The notes under the pieces: model-generated
The model's database searches: none
What the model was told of the DNA's origin: nothing
What the model saw: the letters and a program-made list of their open reading frames with translations, nothing else
Part shown: positions 55,255-64,000 of the stretch, one piece after another
How positions within the stretch are numbered: position 1 is the stretch's first letter
Layout of the letters: each line of letters begins with the position of its first letter
Made by a program: the position numbers and the translations under genes
From: a virus
Lineage: Duplodnaviria > Heunggongvirae > Uroviricota > Caudoviricetes
Length of the DNA stretch: 64,000 nt
IMG/VR virus record: IMGVR_UViG_3300033273_000374
Location: 1 to 64,000 of that record
Strand: one strand, 5' to 3'

Positions 55255-56460
55255 CTAATACTCTAATTGTGATAAAAAGTTCTTTATGCGTCCTGCTTTT
55301 GGAGCAAGAAAATGTCTTTGGTTGTATTCCAGTATGCTTTTGAGTTGCTTTTGTATGTTGATATGTTTGTTGTGAGTGTTACTGTGTAGAGTATAACAAG
55401 CCTTTAACACTGCTTCCATACGTTCCTGAGGGTCTTTAATTTCATCATAGTCTTCACTTATAACACTATCAAACGTTTTGTACCCAAGGTATTTAAGCAA
55501 TTTTAAACTGCCAGGATTCCCTACTATAATAAAAGGCTGTAGATTTAATATAGGTTTGAATGTTTTTTCTGTTAAAAATGTGGTGTACTGATCAAAGTGT
55601 GTTTCTACCACAATGTTCCAGTAGGCATTGTTGTGATGTTCGGTTACAATTATGCCATGATTGTTATGGTCGGCGTCACTTGCATCATCACATTTGTAAG
55701 GTAACTGCAATTGAAAAGCTGCTAATTTTTCCTCTAGCCCTTTTATTTTATCTGTCCACGGTTTAACTTCGTCTTGATCAATGGCATACATTTCATATTG
55801 ATAATTGTTGTAACTGTAGTAACTGTGTTCATGCATGCCTAAACTTGTAAACACACTACCAAACACACGCCGCCAAGTTTTATCAGCTCTTGACAAACAA
55901 GTGCTTATTTTGTCTCTGCGTTCTAGATTTACTTCTTGCACCCACTTTGGAGATTGCATCAGGTGCAAGTATCTATAGTACAATTCATCGTCTGCAATGT
56001 AAACAAAAGGTGGCTTTCCGTCTGTGTTAAAATTTTGTGTAGCAACACGAATGTTGTTGATGCTTATGCCATGTTTTTGTACCATGCTTCGCAAATGTGG
56101 CAGTAGATCAATTGTAGGATCATCGCCCTCGTCGTAATAAAACAATACTTTGAACAACCCTTGTTTGAGTTTGTTCAATGTTTCTTTGGGCATGAATTCA
56201 AAGTAGTCTAGTTCTGGTGCCCAAAAATTGAGCTTTACTGGATAATATGCAGGTCCACTCCAAATTTCGTCATTGATAAGTTTTGCCTGCCAACGTACTC
56301 CCTCCATACCACAATAGCGTAAAAAACGAAATTCGTAACTGAAAGGGGGTACTAGTGCTAGATCCCACCACTCTTGTGAGCCCGGTTTTATGTCTGTGCG
56401 TTCTACTAAATTAGGAACGTAACCCCAGCGGTTACGCCTATCAAATAACCATGTAATCAT
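55255..56460 (-). CDS. hypothetical protein (401 aa)
   Basis: ORF track. Confidence 0.5.
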   Translation of the reverse strand: MITWLFDRRNRWGYVPNLVERTDIKPGSQEWWDLALVPPFSYEFRFLRYCGMEGVRWQAKLINDEIWSGPAYYPVKLNFWAPELDYFEFMPKETLNKLKQGLFKVLFYYDEGDDPTIDLLPHLRSMVQKHGISINNIRVATQNFNTDGKPPFVYIADDELYYRYLHLMQSPKWVQEVNLERRDKISTCLSRADKTWRRVFGSVFTSLGMHEHSYYSYNNYQYEMYAIDQDEVKPWTDKIKGLEEKLAAFQLQLPYKCDDASDADHNNHGIIVTEHHNNAYWNIVVETHFDQYTTFLTEKTFKPILNLQPFIIVGNPGSLKLLKYLGYKTFDSVISEDYDEIKDPQERMEAVLKACYTLHSNTHNKHINIQKQLKSILEYNQRHFLAPKAGRIKNFLSQLEY

Positions 56461-56472
56461 TGAGTCCTGCTT

Positions 56473-56904
56473 TTATTGAGCAAGTTGTACTGTGTTTATG
56501 GTGCCTGCTGTGAAACTGCTGATATTAGCACGAATCCAAACAAAGTTTCCTTTGAGATTATAGACTCTGCTTTCTGTGGTAGCAGTTGTGTATGCTTGTG
56601 ATGTTGTAGTAACTTCACTTATTAGTCCATCTGCAGTTGCACTGTAGTTGCCATCTGCTTCACGTAGATCAATGTCTACCCAGTCTGTGCTTGCTGGATC
56701 TTGTGCTAGACTGCCTTGTATTTTTACTGTGCCTACAAAACTTGTAACACGCCATTGAATGGTGTGCAGTCCATCACTGAAACCATAGTAGCCATCACCC
56801 TTAACTTTGTCACTGCTAAAACTGGCACTACTTCCATCGTAGTTGCCTGTAGCCGTACCGTATGTTGTGGTTGGTAATAGTGTTACTGTGGTTGTGGTTG
56901 CCAT
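56473..56904 (-). CDS. hypothetical Thr/Ser-rich protein (143 aa), possibly structural
   Basis: ORF track. Confidence 0.5.
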   Translation of the reverse strand: MATTTTVTLLPTTTYGTATGNYDGSSASFSSDKVKGDGYYGFSDGLHTIQWRVTSFVGTVKIQGSLAQDPASTDWVDIDLREADGNYSATADGLISEVTTTSQAYTTATTESRVYNLKGNFVWIRANISSFTAGTINTVQLAQ

Positions 56905-57074
56905 TACTGTGCGTCTCTGATTAATTCTACTAATTTGCCTGCGCCTGCAAGTTCTTGAATCACTGCTTCAAGACTGGCACACATTTCAGCATCTAGTATT
57001 TGACGACTTTCGTCGCTGTCTTTTAAGAGTTCACTGATCTTGATCACAATCATTTCTTCATTGAGCTTTGCCAT
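56904..57074 (-). CDS. 56-aa ORF translationally coupled (TAATG) to the downstream gene
   Basis: Hand translation MAKLNEEMIVIKISELLKD...LIRDAQ. AGGAG SD 7 nt upstream. Below the ORF-track cutoff. Confidence 0.35.
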   Translation of the reverse strand: MAKLNEEMIVIKISELLKDSDESRQILDAEMCASLEAVIQELAGAGKLVELIRDAQ

Positions 57075-57102
57075 AGATGTACTCCTTACAACGTATTTAT
57101 GC

Positions 57103-57948
57103 CTATGCTTGGTTAGTCATAATTATGATACTTAGCTTTGTTTTGATGCCTCTTGCAAGGAAATTGTCTGCACAGTGCAATTGTGTCTGTTCCCAAACCA
57201 CTGCACTTCTTGGTTCCCATTTGTAGATAGTTTCAATTTCTAGTCCTTCTGCACATTCATATGGCATGTGTGACATATAGGTATTCCAAGTTTTTTTGTC
57301 TATGCTATAACCATCAATACAGCCTTCAACGTTCTTATCTTCAATAGGACGCGGCCACTTAGATTGGTCATTATTACCTTTCTTGCCTTGATTGTTGTTT
57401 TGATTATTACGCAAATAACTTCTTTGAGTAAAAGTAAGACTATAAGTATCTTCCCATTCTGTTTTATCACTTATAACATCCAAAGGAATCAATACGACTT
57501 TGTGTGGAATTTTGTCTTCATACCATCTTAGGTCCGCATGAATTTTCCATGGTATAATTGCTTCTTGCCAGGCAAAGAAATCTAGTATGTGATCGCCAAT
57601 TGCATCAGTTAGTTTGTCATGAAATATTTCTTTTATAACTGGCCCATACGGCGGATACTCATATGCACTACCAGCATACTTACTTGTTTTACCGTGTTCT
57701 GGATACTCTACAGTATTGATCAGTTCACGTAGATGTTCTAGCTCTGAGTCACTTATGAAATCTTTTATGATCCACGACCCAGAATCCAATTGCTGCATTT
57801 TAGCAATTTGTTCATCTGTGTAACTATTGTTTAGATAAACATGCTGACCCATTCTTAGGCTTGCGTCCTCTTTTTTTATAAATTTTCGCTGTGCCATCGG
57901 GTTTAATGTTATATGCCTGTGCAAAACGTTCTGGAGACATGCCTTCAA
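57103..57948 (-). CDS. hypothetical protein (up to 281 aa; start uncertain, possibly internal Met)
   Basis: ORF track. 5' part overlaps the next ORF. Confidence 0.4.
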   Translation of the reverse strand: MKACLQNVLHRHITLNPMAQRKFIKKEDASLRMGQHVYLNNSYTDEQIAKMQQLDSGSWIIKDFISDSELEHLRELINTVEYPEHGKTSKYAGSAYEYPPYGPVIKEIFHDKLTDAIGDHILDFFAWQEAIIPWKIHADLRWYEDKIPHKVVLIPLDVISDKTEWEDTYSLTFTQRSYLRNNQNNNQGKKGNNDQSKWPRPIEDKNVEGCIDGYSIDKKTWNTYMSHMPYECAEGLEIETIYKWEPRSAVVWEQTQLHCADNFLARGIKTKLSIIIMTNQA

Positions 57949-58111
57949 TGTCTAGTATAGCACCTGCAGGCATACCCTCATACCAATAAACATCTTTTTT
58001 TACAATAGTTGGATCACCACCTAGACCCATTGTTTTAACATTTGCGTATACCAGTGTGTTGTTAGTAACCAGTCCGCGTTCTACCAATGTGTTCAAAAGT
58101 TCTTGTTTCAT
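57824..58111 (-). CDS. hypothetical basic protein (95 aa)
   Basis: ORF track. Confidence 0.35.
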   Translation of the reverse strand: MKQELLNTLVERGLVTNNTLVYANVKTMGLGGDPTIVKKDVYWYEGMPAGAILDIEGMSPERFAQAYNIKPDGTAKIYKKRGRKPKNGSACLSKQ

Positions 58112-58788
58112 AATTCTATTTCTGCTTCTAGTTTATAGGTTAATACTTTTTGTACCGCTTGACCAAACACAAGATAAACCACCGGTACCAATGATTCATC
58201 TTCTAACCACAGACTGGTGTAGTACCATCTACACACACCATTGTCTGCTTCTAGCTCACGATTCCAGACTTGTCCTTTGTAAGTTGCATAAAACTTTCTC
58301 ACCTCTTCATCTTTTGCAGTGGCCTTTACACCAAAATTCCAGGTGCGTAGCAAAATTTCATTTCTAAACCGTCCGTAAGGAAGTGTTTTGCGTACACGCA
58401 CATTTTTGTCATCAATAGGAGGGCTGCAGTTTAGTTCTGCAACTTCTACTTCCTCGTCATAGATTCCATCAACACTGTCAATGTAACGATCCAACAATTC
58501 AAGATCATTTGCGTAAAGATGTAACATCTTACCTTCACGACGCAATCTGATGTCATGATCAAGTTCTTTGATTGTAGCACGAAGGTCGCTAATTTCTCTG
58601 TTTGTACGATACCAATCATTCATTACTGAAATATCTCGTTCTGCTGTATACAGAGAGTAACTGAACCTTAATAGATCGTTGATAGGCAAAACAATCCTTT
58701 GACTGTATGCATATAGGCCGTAAAACAGTCTGTCGTGATGCCTAACCTGCTGGTTACGCTTCTGCAAAAACTGTTGTAACGTCAGCAT
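58108..58788 (-). CDS. hypothetical protein (226 aa)
   Basis: ORF track. Confidence 0.5.
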   Translation of the reverse strand: MLTLQQFLQKRNQQVRHHDRLFYGLYAYSQRIVLPINDLLRFSYSLYTAERDISVMNDWYRTNREISDLRATIKELDHDIRLRREGKMLHLYANDLELLDRYIDSVDGIYDEEVEVAELNCSPPIDDKNVRVRKTLPYGRFRNEILLRTWNFGVKATAKDEEVRKFYATYKGQVWNRELEADNGVCRWYYTSLWLEDESLVPVVYLVFGQAVQKVLTYKLEAEIEL

Positions 58789-61009
58789 CTTGGCTTCCTT
58801 GAATAAACTTGAGTGCTAGTTTGTTATCTATGATTCTTATTTTTATTTTACAACCTGCTAAGTCTTTGTCAACCAGTAATTTCTTACTGATTGGAATACG
58901 CAACAGTGTATCAATTGTGCGATCCAACGGTCTTGCGCCCATTTTAGCATCATATCCTTTTTTCAGTATGTAATCAACACTTGGCTCATCAATGTGCAAG
59001 CCGATACCCTTTGCTCGTAGCTGATCTGTTAGTTCCTGCATAATTTTAACAACAATCTTACGCTGGCTTAAATTGTCTAGTTTGTTGAACTTGCAAACAG
59101 CATTGATACGGTTTCTAAACTCCGGACGGAAGAATTCTTGCATTGCACGATCATCTTCGCCTTTGCGTTCTGAGCTACCAAAACCAATGGCATTCTTTTC
59201 CATTTCAGTTGCACCCAGATTGGATGTCATAATGATTATGGTGTTTCTTGCATCTGCACGTTTACCATTGCTGCTGGTCACAAAACCTTCATCCAACATC
59301 TGAAGTAGAACATTGGTCACATCAGGATGTGCTTTTTCAATTTCATCAAACAGCACCACACTGTATGGATTGCGTTGTAGATCTTTTATGAGCAATCCTC
59401 CACCTAGGTTGGTGTCTTCATATCCTACATAACCTGGAGGTGCTCCAATGAAACGTGCCACAGTGTGACGTTCTTGATATTCACTCATGTCATAGCGTAA
59501 CAATGGCATGTGCAAATATTCACTGAGCAGTTTGGCAAGTTCTGTTTTACCAACACCCGTTGGTCCTAGGAATACGAAACTGCCCATGGGCTTGTTTGCT
59601 TTACCCAGTCCTGCTTTGCTCATATACACATGTTCAAGCACTTTTTCTACAGCATCATCTTGTCCATACAGTCTGCTCTTGATTTGATCTTCCCAATCAA
59701 GCACATGTTCGTCTTGCTTCTTGTCATCAAATTGATCCACAGGTATGCCTGTGTGTCTGCTAAGTTCCGCTAACACTTCTGGTTTGTTTACATGCGGATT
59801 GGCAACATCTTTGAGGCGTTGTCTTGCACAGGCACTGTCAATCAAATCAAATGCTTTGTCAGGCAATCGCTTGTCTGGTTGATGTCTTACACTGTAATCA
59901 ACTGCTGCTTCAATTGCTTCTGTGCTTATTTTTGCATTGTGGAACTGTTCGTAGTAGCGCACTGTGCCTTTGAGAATCTTTTTAGCAACACTTGGTGTAG
60001 GTTCTGTGATATCCAATCTCAAAAACCTACGCATCAGTGCTCTATCTTTTTCAAAACTTTCTGTGTATTCCTCCCATGTGGTGCTGGCTATAACTTTAAG
60101 TTCGCCCTTTGCTAGGTGAGGTTTCAACATGTTGCTCATGTCAGTGCCACCAGCTGATCCAGAACCTGCACCATTCATTGTGTGTGCTTCGTCAATAAAC
60201 ACTATAGCACGTTCTTGTGCTTTTAATGCTTCAATGATGTCTTTTAAACGTTCTTCAAACTGTCCTCTGTATGAAGTACCAGCAACTATAGCGCCTATTT
60301 CTAAGTTGTACACTGTATGGTCTTTGAGATAACCTGGCACTTCGTCGTTGACAATACGCAGTGCAAGTCCTTCTGCAATAGCGGTTTTACCCACACCTGG
60401 ATCACCTACCATGAGAACATTGTTTTTGTTGCGACGTCCTAACACTTGACAAAGATCTTCTAATTCAACTGAACGTCCTATCACAGGATCAATTTTTCCT
60501 GCTTCCGCAAGTGCATTTAGGTTGGTTGTAAATTCTTCAAGTGTTTGTTGGTGACGTTCACCATTTTCTTTGTCCATCATGCGCTTGTAATGATAACGCT
60601 TAACATAGTCTTGGAATTCGTCTTTGTTGATTCCATACTTCAAACACAAGTAACTAACAAACGTTTTTGTTTCACTCATCATGCTTATAAAAATGTCTAC
60701 ATTGGTGATACGTTCTCTGCCGTTAAACAAAACCATTGTCAATGTTCTGTTGAACACACGCTCTACACTTTGTGTTTTTACCATTGGTCGTGGACTTTTG
60801 GTTAGAGCAGGTATTTTTTCTTGCAAATAGTCTTTAGCGTCAGTTCGCATTTCGTCAACGTCAACGCTGTATTCAATTAGTATGCTTACAAATTCTTCGC
60901 TTTTCAACATTGCTAAAAACACATGTTCAGTCAACAGGTATTGATGTTTGTATTCTCTTGCAATGTCTTCTGCAGCTCTTAGCAGTTTGTCTACATTCTT
61001 TTTGCTCAT
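58754..61009 (-). CDS. clpA: ClpA-type Hsp100 AAA+ chaperone ATPase (two nucleotide-binding domains, no middle domain)
   Basis: NBD1 Walker [12 protein letters not shown]2 GPTGVGKTE with LLQMLDEG and a C-terminal sensor. 751 aa. Confidence 0.85.
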   Translation of the reverse strand: MSKKNVDKLLRAAEDIAREYKHQYLLTEHVFLAMLKSEEFVSILIEYSVDVDEMRTDAKDYLQEKIPALTKSPRPMVKTQSVERVFNRTLTMVLFNGRERITNVDIFISMMSETKTFVSYLCLKYGINKDEFQDYVKRYHYKRMMDKENGERHQQTLEEFTTNLNALAEAGKIDPVIGRSVELEDLCQVLGRRNKNNVLMVGDPGVGKTAIAEGLALRIVNDEVPGYLKDHTVYNLEIGAIVAGTSYRGQFEERLKDIIEALKAQERAIVFIDEAHTMNGAGSGSAGGTDMSNMLKPHLAKGELKVIASTTWEEYTESFEKDRALMRRFLRLDITEPTPSVAKKILKGTVRYYEQFHNAKISTEAIEAAVDYSVRHQPDKRLPDKAFDLIDSACARQRLKDVANPHVNKPEVLAELSRHTGIPVDQFDDKKQDEHVLDWEDQIKSRLYGQDDAVEKVLEHVYMSKAGLGKANKPMGSFVFLGPTGVGKTELAKLLSEYLHMPLLRYDMSEYQERHTVARFIGAPPGYVGYEDTNLGGGLLIKDLQRNPYSVVLFDEIEKAHPDVTNVLLQMLDEGFVTSSNGKRADARNTIIIMTSNLGATEMEKNAIGFGSSERKGEDDRAMQEFFRPEFRNRINAVCKFNKLDNLSQRKIVVKIMQELTDQLRAKGIGLHIDEPSVDYILKKGYDAKMGARPLDRTIDTLLRIPISKKLLVDKDLAGCKIKIRIIDNKLALKFIQGSQDADVTTVFAEA

Positions 61010-61801
61010 CTATTGATCCATTATTGTCTTTATAGTATTTAACTGGTCTGTGGTTAGGTTCTGCGGTATTTTAATTAACACTTCTATAAGCAGACGCCCA
61101 TAACTATCGTCTGTTCTGTGTTTTGGTATACCATGACCAGGTATGTTAAGTACTGTACCGTGTTGTGTTCCTGGTGGTACAGTCATTTGTACCATTTTAC
61201 CATTAAGTGTTTGTATTCTCACACTGGTTCCTAGTATTGCCTCCCACACACTGATTGTGATTGACTGTTTGACATCAACACCATCTACAGTAAAATCTGC
61301 ATGAGGCCTAGTAACAATTTTTACTAGCAAGTCACCTGGCGGTAAATCATCAAAACTGTGATCGCCTAGTCCTCTGTATTTTAAACTGCCTGTGATAGTG
61401 CCTTTGGGTATGGTAACTTTAACAAATTTCCTTTTGCCGTTTACATGTTTAATACTAACAGTCTTTGATGTATCTGTCAACGTTTCTTCTAGGTCTATTT
61501 CAACTTCTATGCTTAAATTTTTGTTTCTACGCTGGTGTGCGCTTCTTTGTCTAAAAGTAAATGCACTATTTAAATCATTGAACACGTCTTCAGTACGGAT
61601 GTGTATGCGTGTGGTTCTATTGTTGTATTCTGCCCGCTTGGGAGGATCCTTAAGGACCTCGTAAGCCTCTGCAACTTGTTTGAACTTTTCAGCATCTCCG
61701 CCTGAATCAGGATGATGCTGTATTGCAAGTTTTCTATATGCTGTTTTAATTTCTTGTGGGGTTGCAGTAGGGCTTACCCCCAGTACATCATAGTAGTTCA
61801 T
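61010..61801 (-). CDS. dnaJ: DnaJ-family co-chaperone (J domain plus C-terminal substrate-binding domains, no Zn finger)
   Basis: YYDVLGV ... HPD motif, then a CbpA/DnaJ-type CTD. Confidence 0.85.
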   Translation of the reverse strand: MNYYDVLGVSPTATPQEIKTAYRKLAIQHHPDSGGDAEKFKQVAEAYEVLKDPPKRAEYNNRTTRIHIRTEDVFNDLNSAFTFRQRSAHQRRNKNLSIEVEIDLEETLTDTSKTVSIKHVNGKRKFVKVTIPKGTITGSLKYRGLGDHSFDDLPPGDLLVKIVTRPHADFTVDGVDVKQSITISVWEAILGTSVRIQTLNGKMVQMTVPPGTQHGTVLNIPGHGIPKHRTDDSYGRLLIEVLIKIPQNLTTDQLNTIKTIMDQ

Positions 61802-61808
61802 ATGTATA

Positions 61809-61837
61809 ATTATACATTATGTGTACTGGGGTGTAAA
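61809..61837 (-). promoter_or_regulatory. candidate promoter TTTACA-N17-TATAAT ending 7 nt before the dnaJ ATG (would give a leaderless or near-leaderless transcript)
   Basis: -35 at 61832-61837, -10 at 61809-61814. Confidence 0.3.
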
Positions 61838-61838
61838 C

Positions 61839-62174
61839 TTATTTCTTTTTATCAGAGTATGCGTTTGCACCAAAGTATGCTGCTACTAAACCAGCAATAG
61901 CAACAAAATAAGTTGGAGCAATGTCTCCAATTATGGTTGCTGCTTTATCGAATCCAAACAAACTGCATGCCAATATAGTAAATGGATACAGCAACATGCC
62001 GCCTAGTGCAAACCAAGTCATTGTACGCATTGCATCTCGGCGTGCATCTGCATCTTCAAGTTCTTTACGCTTGAACTCCATATACATCTTGTGCTCTTCG
62101 TCGCTGACCTTTCCGTCACCGTTGGTATCTGCTGGGTGAAAACCCGCTTCTTTTTTAATCTCCTCCTCAGCCAT
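61839..62174 (-). CDS. hypothetical membrane protein (111 aa)
   Basis: ORF track; two TM helices. Confidence 0.5.
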   Translation of the reverse strand: MAEEEIKKEAGFHPADTNGDGKVSDEEHKMYMEFKRKELEDADARRDAMRTMTWFALGGMLLYPFTILACSLFGFDKAATIIGDIAPTYFVAIAGLVAAYFGANAYSDKKK

Positions 62175-62340
62175 TATTCTCTCCTTGATTAAATTTTACT
62201 TATTTTGTTACATCTTCATTAAGATAACCAAAGTCTGGTACACCATACATTGCTGCATAAACTACAAATGCTACAATAGCGACACCAATAACAATCTTAA
62301 CTGATTTTGGTAAATTTTTCATCTCATAAACTCCTTCTCT

Positions 62341-62721
62341 TTATTTTGTTACGGCTACTGGTTTTTCCTTGGCCGCTTCTAGAAGAAGCAATGCTGCAGC
62401 CTTTTTAGCTGCTTCGGCTTCTGCTGCTTTTCTCTTTTGTTCTTCTTTTTCAGCAATCACTTTGGCGTTTAGTGCTTTGATATCTTCTGCTTCTGTGCTT
62501 GAACCAAGAATTCCAAGACGTGCTAGTACTGCTTGTGGCAATAAACCATTTGCTGCACATGCTCTTGCATCCTCCATTGCACCGTGTGCATATACTTGTC
62601 CACCACTGCGGAACTGTCCTTTATCGTCGTAGCTGCAATCGCTGCTTATCGTTGCATAGCCAACACTGCATGTTGAAACAACTGCTGCGGCTACAAAACC
62701 AATTATTACTTTCTTTTTCAT
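62341..62721 (-). CDS. secreted or lipoprotein-like protein with Ala/Lys/Glu-rich C-terminus (126 aa)
   Basis: Signal peptide MKKKVIIGFVAAAVVSTC. Confidence 0.5.
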   Translation of the reverse strand: MKKKVIIGFVAAAVVSTCSVGYATISSDCSYDDKGQFRSGGQVYAHGAMEDARACAANGLLPQAVLARLGILGSSTEAEDIKALNAKVIAEKEEQKRKAAEAEAAKKAAALLLLEAAKEKPVAVTK

Positions 62722-62737
62722 ATCTTATTCCTTTCTA

Positions 62738-63541
62738 CTAGGATGGTAGTTTACCTGTGCAACATAGACTTGCTGTGACATAGCCAACAAGTCCTGCTAC
62801 AACCAAACTTGCTGTTTGTGGACTTACATACGCCCAAGGTGCTTCACTAATTGCTAGTCCTAAGAGTGTAGCAAGTGCGCCAATAAGTGCGTCCTTTTCT
62901 CCGCCTACACCTTCTCTTACATCTGGAATAGCCCAAAGTATTTCAACAAAGTAAGCACAAACTGCATGACATTCTGTGGCAATAGCTGCTTGATCAACTG
63001 CACCTGCTGCTGCTGCGGCTGCTGTTTCAGCACATAGCGGAGCAAACATTGCTGTTGTTTCTTCTTCTGTTGCTGGGTTGTTAAGTGTGGCAGCAAACGC
63101 ACCTGAGATAGCAGCACTAACAGTAATAGTACAAATGTTAGCTTCCAAATACTCGCCCATTTCTACAAGATCTTTGCCTACAGTTTTGGCACCTGCTTCA
63201 AATGCTAGTCCTGCTGTAACACAACCTGCTGTGAATTCATCACAGCCAATCTGTGCACCTTGTGCTGCTTTGTTCCAACTGTCTACTGTGCTTTGTGTTG
63301 CTGGACGTAACACTTGACTGTTAATTGTGTTAATAGCATCTGTGGTTGCTTGGGCGGTTGCATTGTATGCATCAGTTGCTGTTTTTGCTACTGTGTTAGC
63401 GGCATCAACTGTACCATCTGCTACTGTATTTGCTACATCTGTTGCAGTTTTTCCCACAGTGTTTGTTACTGTTGATGTTCCTTTGGCAATATCGTTGCCT
63501 ACTTTTTTCCAACTCGACTTTTTGAACGGATTCCAACCCAT
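62738..63541 (-). CDS. hypothetical Ala/Thr-rich protein (267 aa)
   Basis: ORF track. Confidence 0.5.
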   Translation of the reverse strand: MGWNPFKKSSWKKVGNDIAKGTSTVTNTVGKTATDVANTVADGTVDAANTVAKTATDAYNATAQATTDAINTINSQVLRPATQSTVDSWNKAAQGAQIGCDEFTAGCVTAGLAFEAGAKTVGKDLVEMGEYLEANICTITVSAAISGAFAATLNNPATEEETTAMFAPLCAETAAAAAAGAVDQAAIATECHAVCAYFVEILWAIPDVREGVGGEKDALIGALATLLGLAISEAPWAYVSPQTASLVVAGLVGYVTASLCCTGKLPS

Positions 63542-63621
63542 TATTTTATTCCTTTAGATTGCAAGTATTTAGTCAGAAAAATAGACAGCGGTTAGACTGC
63601 CTATCAAAGTCTATCTTAGAT

Positions 63622-63924
63622 TTAAGCTGCCTTAAGTTTATTTGCTGGGTCTAGGGATGGGTCTAGTCTATATGCTTGTGCAGTAAGTTTTTCTGCTTGT
63701 TCTAGTAGTTCACGAGCAAGTGTTTTATCATCTTTGTCACCTGCCTCTACACCGTTTTCTTGAGCTTCAATTTTTGCCAGTGTCTTGGTTAGACTTTGAT
63801 GATCTTTGATGTCTTCATCGTCTGCAGTGCCTGCTTGTATACGTTCTTCAATACGCTTTAGTTTTGCTAAAAATACTGTGTAAAATGCGGTGATGTATCT
63901 GGTTTTGACTTTGTCTGAGCTCAT
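63622..63924 (-). CDS. hypothetical protein (100 aa)
   Basis: ORF track. Confidence 0.45.
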   Translation of the reverse strand: MSSDKVKTRYITAFYTVFLAKLKRIEERIQAGTADDEDIKDHQSLTKTLAKIEAQENGVEAGDKDDKTLARELLEQAEKLTAQAYRLDPSLDPANKLKAA

Positions 63925-64000
63925 TGAACGTTTCTCTAAAAAAATAGGGAGGAATATTCCTCCCTATTCTGTATATATCAATGTAACACAAATTTTACAT

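Noticed and set aside
1-64000. CRISPR arrays, rRNA genes, transposases or integrases
   Set aside because: None were seen. No regularly spaced short direct repeats, no rRNA-like conserved stretches, and no transposase or integrase motifs were found in any ORF.

Overview
This 64-kb window looks like a segment of a T4-like (Tevenvirinae-type) myovirus genome. Almost every gene is on the minus strand and tightly packed. The phage assignment rests on a family-B (gp43-like) DNA polymerase at 36556-39216, a T4-type RNase H/flap endonuclease at 8917-9912, a DEDDh exonuclease, a CobS/MoxR-like AAA+ ATPase, an encoded tRNA-Ser(GCU), and a recurring host-sigma70-like early promoter (GG)TTGACA-N16-17-TAcAAT in front of many genes.

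The largest and most interesting block (about 11-36 kb) is an auxiliary island built around 7-deazaguanine (queuosine-precursor) metabolism. It has FolE, two T-fold QueD-like proteins, radical-SAM QueE, a TGT/DpdA-like transglycosylase (DSGGFQ motif) and a YhhQ-family preQ transporter. These are interleaved with an amidinotransferase, three sulfotransferase-like proteins, a type-I purine phosphoribosyltransferase (PRTase), Fe/2OG oxygenases, a PLP-enzyme-like protein, two nucleotide-sugar dehydrogenases, a GalE-type epimerase and glycosyltransferases. QueC is not recognisable in the window. This looks like a pathway for a hypermodified 7-deazaguanine DNA base that may not have been described.

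Other notable content:
- a low-GC Type II restriction-modification (R-M) island: beta-class amino-methyltransferase, putative endonuclease, palindromic operator and a 22-codon leader ORF;
- a plus-strand SPFH/band-7 and NfeD-like pair beside the tRNA;
- a 1096-aa lipoprotein-signal S8 subtilase with acidic repeats and an autotransporter-like C-terminus;
- ClpA and DnaJ chaperone genes;
- a 1142-aa multidomain protein with an N-terminal NMNAT-type nucleotidyltransferase and a central GNAT domain;
- a radical SAM protein and a PP-loop ATPase.

Three internal rearrangements are visible: a tandem duplication that left a queE fragment between two paralogs, a small-gene repeat module, and a LamG-like gene cassette flanked by a 234-bp direct duplication.

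No CRISPR array, rRNA or transposase was seen.
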